DNA of 5,044 nt from Escherichia coli (GTDB lineage Bacteria > Pseudomonadota > Gammaproteobacteria > Enterobacterales > Enterobacteriaceae), in assembly GCF_003334315.1 (NCBI RefSeq), contig NZ_QOWR01000098.1. One strand, given 5' to 3'. A program made the position numbers and the translations under genes. Shown here one piece after another: positions 1 through 5,044 of this stretch. The notes under the pieces are model-generated. The model was not told the origin of the DNA, made no database searches, and worked only from the letters and a program-made list of their open reading frames with translations. Each line of letters opens with the position of its first letter. The first letter of the stretch is position 1.

Positions 1-650
<650 letters not shown>

Positions 651-694
651 TTACTCACAAATTGCCGGAAGTGATCCGGTATGAATATTGCGAG

Positions 695-1120
695 TCAATG
701 CACAGCCACAATATTTCCTGCAGGGCCACCACGATTCATCTGGTTGAAACCAGCGATCGCCACTGCGACAAAATCATCAGCGTCTCTCACCAGTCGTTCC
801 CGCGTCTCCACTAGTTCCCGAAAATAGGCTGAGCTATGGCTGCGCATTCGGGCCACCAGCAGAGGTGGCATTGCTTTTTCGATAGCTGGTAACAACGCCT
901 GAATTTTTTCAACTGCATCAGGGGTGTCTTTCTCTACCCAGCGGAAAATTTTCTGGGTATTGCGAGCCAGGGCTTCCGGATGGCTGTCGTCATACAGTTC
1001 TGGGAACGTCATACCCAGTTCAAAATAAGCCCTGGTTATTTCAGCTGCCGGAACTTTTTCACCGTCCGGATGCGCCCAGGCATTCATCGCCATGCGGATG
1101 TGTTCATGCTTGATTTTCAT
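695..1120 (-). CDS. ydaT: YdaT-like protein (CII-type regulator of Rac-like prophages)
   Basis: 141-aa minus-strand ORF beginning MKIKHEHI, with ATG at 1120-1118 preceded by AGGAG at 8-nt spacing. It overlaps the 3' end of the upstream ydaS-like gene by 17 bp, the arrangement expected for the ydaS-ydaT pair. Identity rests on remembered sequence similarity and synteny. Confidence 0.7.
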   Translation of the reverse strand: MKIKHEHIRMAMNAWAHPDGEKVPAAEITRAYFELGMTFPELYDDSHPEALARNTQKIFRWVEKDTPDAVEKIQALLPAIEKAMPPLLVARMRSHSSAYFRELVETRERLVRDADDFVAVAIAGFNQMNRGGPAGNIVAVH

Positions 1121-1385
1121 GAATCAAGCTCCTAGAAAGTGGTTGTGTTAACATTTTGGTATCTTCCAGCTCGGGCCAAATATTCATCCAATCAAAAGGC
1201 CTTAGTTGCTGACGTGTAACTTCACCATTACTGGCTCGCTCAATAAGGACACATAACGATGCCCCTAACACTTGACCTTTACTCAATGCCTTTCTTAGAT
1301 AACCGATGCTGGTACCACACTCGCATGCAAACATACGCTGTTCATCTGACGAAAGAGAATTGAGAAATATTCTTAATTCTTCCAT
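1104..1385 (-). CDS. ydaS: Cro/CI-type HTH DNA-binding protein, YdaS-like
   Basis: 93-aa minus-strand ORF with ATG at 1385-1383 preceded by TAAGGAGTAGCT (AGGAG about 7 nt upstream). It is divergent from the repressor gene across a 100-bp operator region and is followed by overlapping ydaT. The length differs from my recollection of K-12 YdaS (about 98 aa), so this may be an allelic variant. Confidence 0.6.
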   Translation of the reverse strand: MEELRIFLNSLSSDEQRMFACECGTSIGYLRKALSKGQVLGASLCVLIERASNGEVTRQQLRPFDWMNIWPELEDTKMLTQPLSRSLIHENQA

Positions 1386-1415
1386 AGCTACTCCTTAGTA
1401 AACACAGCAAAGAAC

Positions 1416-1490
1416 ACCCATAGGTAAACAAAAGTCAATACCCACAGGTTGTTTACCTTGCAGTAATCGCATCTATTATTTACCTATGGA
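1416..1490. promoter_or_regulatory. Divergent control region between ydaS and racR with three operator-like sites sharing the core AGGTAAA / CCATAGGTAAA
   Basis: Site A is ccataggtaaacaa at 1418-1432. Site B is its reverse complement ttgtttacct at 1449-1458. Site C is tttacctatgg at 1479-1489 (reverse complement ccataggtaaa), overlapping the racR ATG. On the minus strand a -35-like TTGACT (plus 1433-1438) faces ydaS, and a TATTAT -10-like hexamer at 1474-1479 faces racR. Confidence 0.55.
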
Positions 1491-1905
1491 CAAATATGAA
1501 TTTAGACGACAGCAACTCATCAAAATTCGTGATGAGAAATGCGATGGTAAAGCGGTTAACGTGGCCAGAAAGATCGGGCGCGAGCCTTCTTATGTATCAA
1601 GAATGTTGTACCCAGAGGGGAAAAAGGGAAAAAAACGGATCGCTGATGATATGGTGGAGATTATCGAAGAGTCCTTTGGGTTACCCCGGGGATGGATGGA
1701 TGGTATCGTTTCATCATCAACGAACACAGCCTCCAGTTATGAAACAAGGGTTCTAACGCCACGACAACGTATTTTTTTAGATCTCTTAGACGAACTGCCA
1801 GAAAGTGAAGCGGATAACTTATTAAAAACTCTTGAAGAGAAAAAACAGTATTACAATATGATCTACGAAGAAATCCGTAAAAAGAAAGCACAAAACGCAT
1901 CATAG
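1486..1905 (+). CDS. racR: Prophage repressor, RacR-like HTH protein
   Basis: 139-aa ORF divergent from ydaS, in the position of the immunity repressor. There is no in-frame upstream start (in-frame TAA at 1399-1401) and no Shine-Dalgarno before ATG 1486. Operator-like sites flank the gene on both sides. The length differs from my recollection of K-12 RacR (158 aa), so I call it RacR-like. Confidence 0.6.
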   Translation: MDKYEFRRQQLIKIRDEKCDGKAVNVARKIGREPSYVSRMLYPEGKKGKKRIADDMVEIIEESFGLPRGWMDGIVSSSTNTASSYETRVLTPRQRIFLDLLDELPESEADNLLKTLEEKKQYYNMIYEEIRKKKAQNAS

Positions 1906-1950
1906 CTCACCAAACAACTAGTCACCAGTTAAGACACCGCAAAAAGTTAC

Positions 1951-1981
1951 CCATGGGTATTTACTTTTTAAATACCTATGG
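1951..1981. promoter_or_regulatory. Imperfect palindrome ccatgggtattta / taaatacctatgg downstream of racR; operator-like and related to the sites upstream of racR
   Basis: Half-sites at 1951-1963 and 1969-1981 are inverted copies (12 of 13 match) and share CCATrGGTA with sites A and C. The overlapping hexamers TTTACT (1960-1965) and TATCCT (1983-1988) could form a rightward promoter towards ydaG/ydaF. Confidence 0.45.
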
Positions 1982-2159
1982 GTATCCTTCTTTTCATACC
2001 AACCCACCCCGCCCCACAGAATGCAGGGCAATACTTCGAGTTACCAGGCAGTGGTCAGGGGTTAAGTAGCCAGCCCGAGGCGTAAGAACATGACGGCGGG
2101 ATTCAAATTTTGCAGTGCAGCAGTTAGTTCCGCCACCCGGCGTTAAGGGGAGAGATAAG

Positions 2160-2294
2160 ATGGTGCATTACGAAGTAGTTCAGTATTTGATGGATTGTTG
2201 CGGTATCACTTACAACCAGGCTGTGCAGGCTTTACGCAGCAACGACTGGGATCTCTGGCAGGCAGAAGTCGCTATACGTAGCAACAAGATGTGA
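2160..2294 (+). CDS. ydaG: Small Rac-prophage protein, YdaG-like (44 aa), function unknown
   Basis: ATG at 2160 is preceded by AAGGGGAGAG. The translation is MVHYEVVQYLMDCCGITYNQAVQALRSNDWDLWQAEVAIRSNKM with TGA at 2292-2294. It is absent from the ORF track because of its size. Length and position match my recollection of ydaG between racR and ydaF. Confidence 0.55.
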   Translation: MVHYEVVQYLMDCCGITYNQAVQALRSNDWDLWQAEVAIRSNKM

Positions 2295-2304
2295 GATTCG
2301 CAAA

Positions 2305-2460
2305 ATGCAAAAAATCGACCTCGGCAACAACGAATCCCTGGTGTGCGGCGTGTTCCCCAACCAGGATGGAACGTTCACTGCCATGACGTATACCAAAAGC
2401 AAAACATTTAAAACCGAAACTGGTGCGCGCCGATGGTTGGAGAAGCACACAGTAAGCTAA
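2305..2460 (+). CDS. ydaF: Small Rac-prophage protein, YdaF-like (51 aa), function unknown
   Basis: ATG at 2305 with a weak Shine-Dalgarno. The translation is MQKIDLGNNESLVCGVFPNQDGTFTAMTYTKSKTFKTETGARRWLEKHTVS with TAA at 2458-2460. Its 3' end overlaps the convergent sieB stop by 4 bp. Confidence 0.55.
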   Translation: MQKIDLGNNESLVCGVFPNQDGTFTAMTYTKSKTFKTETGARRWLEKHTVS

Positions 2461-2945
2461 CGATTAAAACGTCTACTCCTGCTGTTCCAGAATAACTTCA
2501 TAAAATGGGAGTATTTTTCGGTGACGAGATAATAAGAACAGTTTGCGCTATCACTCTGATGTTGAATGATGCCCTTCCGTTCTAATTTTTTCATAACCGG
2601 GTTACGGCAAGGAGAAGTGATAATAAGATTTCCTGTTTTAAGGAAATCTTTAAATACAGCGATTTCTTTCTCAGATAAACGAAGCAATACTCGTTGCTCT
2701 GGTAGTAATGAATAATGCTTTTGAATATGTGCTCGCAATCTTGAGAAGGAAATGGCGACCACGAAAGAAAAGGCAAAAACGATAATCTGAAAGAGCCAAG
2801 GCATTTCAGTATAAGCATTGAATGCGACAGTAAACTCTTTCGGTATCAGCCAGAGAGTGAGACCAAAAATGATAATCGTATACATAAGTCTTTCGAGTGG
2901 CTCGTTAGCAAAAAGTTTCAACAATGGAGTAAATACATCCAACAT
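2457..2945 (-). CDS. sieB: Superinfection exclusion protein SieB (162 aa, membrane protein)
   Basis: This is the C-terminal 162 codons of track ORF 2457..3371, starting at ATG 2945-2943 (MLDVFTPLLKLFANEPLERLMYTIIIFGLTLWLIPKEF...), with GAGAG about 8 nt upstream. The hydrophobic N-terminal half is consistent with a membrane protein. The upstream 142 codons of the track ORF are antisense to recE and are rejected. Confidence 0.8.
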   Translation of the reverse strand: MLDVFTPLLKLFANEPLERLMYTIIIFGLTLWLIPKEFTVAFNAYTEMPWLFQIIVFAFSFVVAISFSRLRAHIQKHYSLLPEQRVLLRLSEKEIAVFKDFLKTGNLIITSPCRNPVMKKLERKGIIQHQSDSANCSYYLVTEKYSHFMKLFWNSRSRRFNR

Positions 2946-3093
2946 ATCAATAACTCTCAACTGTAAGGGTATTGAAATGTTAACACAAGCTCTCGCTGTA
3001 GGGGTATAGCCGAGACCACCGAAGCCCGGAGGTGGTGAAATAAAACCGGGCACAACACGAAGGCGCATTTCCGATATCCATAAAGAGTCGGTC

Positions 3094-4188
3094 TTGTCTG
3101 TTAAATTTAAATGGTGGAGTGCGCCTCCGGTTGTAAATAACGACATTGCTGTGTGTAGTCCTGGCGGCATCAGTTTTTTTCTTGAAGTTCGGCTGATGTC
3201 CGCCCTTTTTAAAGTGAATTTTGTGATGCGGTGGGTTGAAGCTAAGGAAAATGATCCGGAGGAAATGGAAGGCGCTGAACATCCGCACAATGAGAATGCT
3301 GGCAGCGATCCGCATCGCGATTGCAGTGATGAAACTGGCGAAGTCGCAGATCCCGTAATCGTAGAAGACATAGAGCCAGGTATTTATTACGGAATTTCGA
3401 ATGAGAATTACCACGCGGGTCCCGGTATCAGTAAGTCTCAGCTCGATGACATTGCTGATACTCCGGCACTATATTTGTGGCGTAAAAATGCCCCCGTGGA
3501 CACCACAAAGACAAAAACGCTCGATTTAGGAACTGCTTTCCACTGCCGGGTACTTGAACCGGAAGAATTCAGTAACCGCTTTATCGTAGCACCTGAATTT
3601 AACCGCCGTACAAACGCCGGAAAAGAAGAAGAGAAAGCGTTTCTGATGGAATGCGCAAGCACAGGAAAAACGGTTATCACTGCGGAAGAAGGCCGGAAAA
3701 TTGAACTCATGTATCAAAGCGTTATGGCTTTGCCGCTGGGGCAATGGCTTGTTGAAAGCGCCGGACACGCTGAATCATCAATTTACTGGGAAGATCCTGA
3801 AACAGGAATTTTGTGTCGGTGCCGTCCGGACAAAATTATCCCTGAATTTCACTGGATCATGGACGTGAAAACTACGGCGGATATTCAACGATTCAAAACC
3901 GCTTATTACGACTACCGCTATCACGTTCAGGATGCATTCTACAGTGACGGTTATGAAGCACAGTTTGGAGTGCAGCCAACTTTCGTTTTTCTGGTTGCCA
4001 GCACAACTATTGAATGCGGACGTTATCCGGTTGAAATTTTCATGATGGGCGAAGAAGCAAAACTGGCAGGTCAACAGGAATATCACCGCAATCTGCGAAC
4101 CCTGTCTGACTGCCTGAATACCGATGAATGGCCAGCTATTAAGACATTATCACTGCCCCGCTGGGCTAAGGAATATGCAAATGACTAA
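3094..4188 (+). CDS. recE: Exodeoxyribonuclease VIII (RecE), N-terminally truncated: only the C-terminal exonuclease-domain portion is present
   Basis: The translation contains [35 protein letters not shown] ... [10 protein letters not shown], which I recognise as the C-terminal region of Rac RecE. The stop at 4186-4188 overlaps the recT start, as in the native recET operon. The reading frame is open from 3010. The track start at 3094 is TTG; the first in-frame ATGs are at 3196 and 3226 and neither has a good Shine-Dalgarno, so the true start, if any, is uncertain. Confidence 0.8.
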
Positions 4189-4867
4189 GCAACCACCAAT
4201 CGCAAAAGCCGATCTGCAAAAAACCCAGGGAAACCGTGCACCAGCAGCAGTTAAAAATAGCGACGTGATTAGTTTTATTAACCAGCCATCAATGAAAGAG
4301 CAACTGGCAGCAGCTCTTCCACGCCATATGACGGCTGAACGTATGATCCGTATCGCCACCACAGAAATTCGTAAAGTTCCGGCGTTAGGAAACTGTGACA
4401 CTATGAGTTTTGTCAGTGCGATCGTACAGTGTTCACAGCTCGGACTTGAGCCAGGTAGCGCCCTCGGTCATGCATATTTACTGCCTTTTGGTAATAAAAA
4501 CGAAAAGAGCGGTAAAAAGAACGTTCAGCTAATCATTGGCTATCGCGGCATGATTGATCTGGCTCGCCGTTCTGGTCAAATCGCCAGCCTGTCAGCCCGT
4601 GTTGTCCGTGAAGGTGACGAGTTTAGCTTCGAATTTGGCCTTGATGAAAAGTTAATACACCGCCCGGGAGAAAACGAAGATGCCCCGGTTACCCACGTCT
4701 ATGCTGTCGCAAGACTGAAAGACGGAGGTACTCAGTTTGAAGTTATGACGCGCAAACAGATTGAGCTGGTGCGCAGCCTGAGTAAAGCTGGTAATAACGG
4801 GCCGTGGGTAACTCACTGGGAAGAAATGGCAAAGAAAACGGGTGATGATGCCAACTTACTGATTTAG
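4181..4867 (+). pseudogene. recT: recT (RecT single-strand annealing recombinase) interrupted by IS1 after codon 220
   Basis: ATG at 4181 is preceded by AAGGAA. The translation [35 protein letters not shown] ... THWEEMAKKT matches RecT as I remember it. From 4841 the frame runs into the IS1 terminal sequence, adding GDDANLLI before a stop at 4865-4867. The track ORF start at 4124 is a spurious upstream extension. Confidence 0.85.
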
Positions 4868-5044
4868 TGTATGATGGTGTTTTTGAGGTGCTCCAGTGGC
4901 TTCTGTTTCTATCAGCTGTCCCTCCTGTTCAGCTACTGACGGGGTGGTGCGTAACGGCAAAAGCACCGCCGGACATCAGCGCTATCTCTGCTCTCACTGC
5001 CGTAAAACATGGCAACTGCAGTTCACTTACACCGCTTCTCAACC
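4841..5044 (+). mobile_element. IS1 insertion sequence, left end (IRL plus the first ~200 bp); continues past the window edge
   Basis: ggtgatgatgccaacttactgatttagtgtatgatggtgtttttgaggtgctccagtggcttctgtttctatcagctgtccc... matches the IS1 left terminal inverted repeat and the insA leader as I remember them, with one mismatch in the IR (GAT where I recall GCT). The exact junction is ambiguous by about 1 bp. Confidence 0.9.
4896..5044 (+). CDS. insA: IS1 InsA (transposition regulator / N-terminal transposase part), 5' partial
   Basis: GTG at 4896 is preceded by GAGGTG. The translation is [49 protein letters not shown], the InsA zinc-finger-like N-terminus. It is truncated by the window end. Confidence 0.85.
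   Translation, partial: MASVSISCPSCSATDGVVRNGKSTAGHQRYLCSHCRKTWQLQFTYTASQ

Noticed and set aside
1496-1903. ORFs 1496..1756 (+) and 1661..1903 (-) overlapping racR
   Set aside because: They are alternative-frame or antisense ORFs inside the racR-like gene. No ribosome-binding sites are present, and the racR frame is the one supported by position and operator context.
2020-2146. Two micro-ORFs of 14 and 18 codons in the racR-ydaG spacer (ATGs near 2020 and 2088)
   Set aside because: No ribosome-binding sites and no recognisable product. Retained only as a possibility under the spacer finding.
2232-2818. Minus-strand ORFs 2232..2450 and 2591..2818
   Set aside because: The first is antisense to ydaG/ydaF and the second lies in another frame inside sieB. 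Neither has start signals.
2962-2990. Possible sieB promoter on the minus strand (-35-like TTGTGT, -10-like TACAGT)
   Set aside because: Both hexamers are weak matches and cannot be told apart from chance without transcript mapping, so it is not listed as a feature.
3014-3036. Inverted repeat accacc-(11 nt)-ggtggt, considered as a transcription terminator
   Set aside because: The stem is only 6 bp and is followed by an A-rich rather than T-rich tract on the plus strand; on the minus strand the T-run precedes the stem. It is not a canonical intrinsic terminator, and it may simply lie at the deletion junction.
2946-3371. N-terminal 142 codons of the 304-aa minus-strand track ORF 2457..3371, and the minus-strand ORF 2980..3414
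   Set aside because: Only the last 162 codons correspond to SieB, with a good ribosome-binding site at the internal ATG 2945. The upstream extension and the 2980..3414 ORF run antisense through the recE coding region and give low-complexity, serine- and cysteine-rich translations, so they are read-through artefacts.
4124-4180. Upstream extension of the recT ORF ([19 protein letters not shown]...)
   Set aside because: RecT starts at MTKQPPIAK (ATG 4181) with an AAGGAA Shine-Dalgarno. The extension is the 3' end of recE read in another frame.
3438-4401. Minus-strand ORFs 3438..3710, 3526..3768, 3778..4086 and 4150..4401
   Set aside because: All are antisense to the well-supported recE and recT coding sequences and are typical shadow ORFs.

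Overview
This window reads as the immunity/early region of a Rac-type cryptic lambdoid prophage of Escherichia/Shigella, in a decayed state. Left to right: a minus-strand replication-initiator-like gene at the position of ydaU, carrying two internal arrays of GTGAC iterons (candidate prophage origin); an overlapping minus-strand ydaS (Cro-like) / ydaT (CII-like) pair; a divergent operator-rich control region; a plus-strand RacR-like repressor; two tiny plus-strand genes (ydaG-like, ydaF-like); a convergent minus-strand sieB (superinfection exclusion); then the recE–recT recombination module. recE is present only as its C-terminal exonuclease-domain portion, with kilR/ydaE/racC and the recE 5' part apparently absent, and recT is cut after about codon 220 by an IS1 element whose left end and insA start fill the last ~200 bp. 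All identifications are from reading the ORF translations, motifs and gene order against remembered sequences; no database search was run. I did not find a convincing previously undescribed system; the items most worth a second look are the iteron origin inside the replication gene, the operator architecture around racR, and the two structural lesions in recET.
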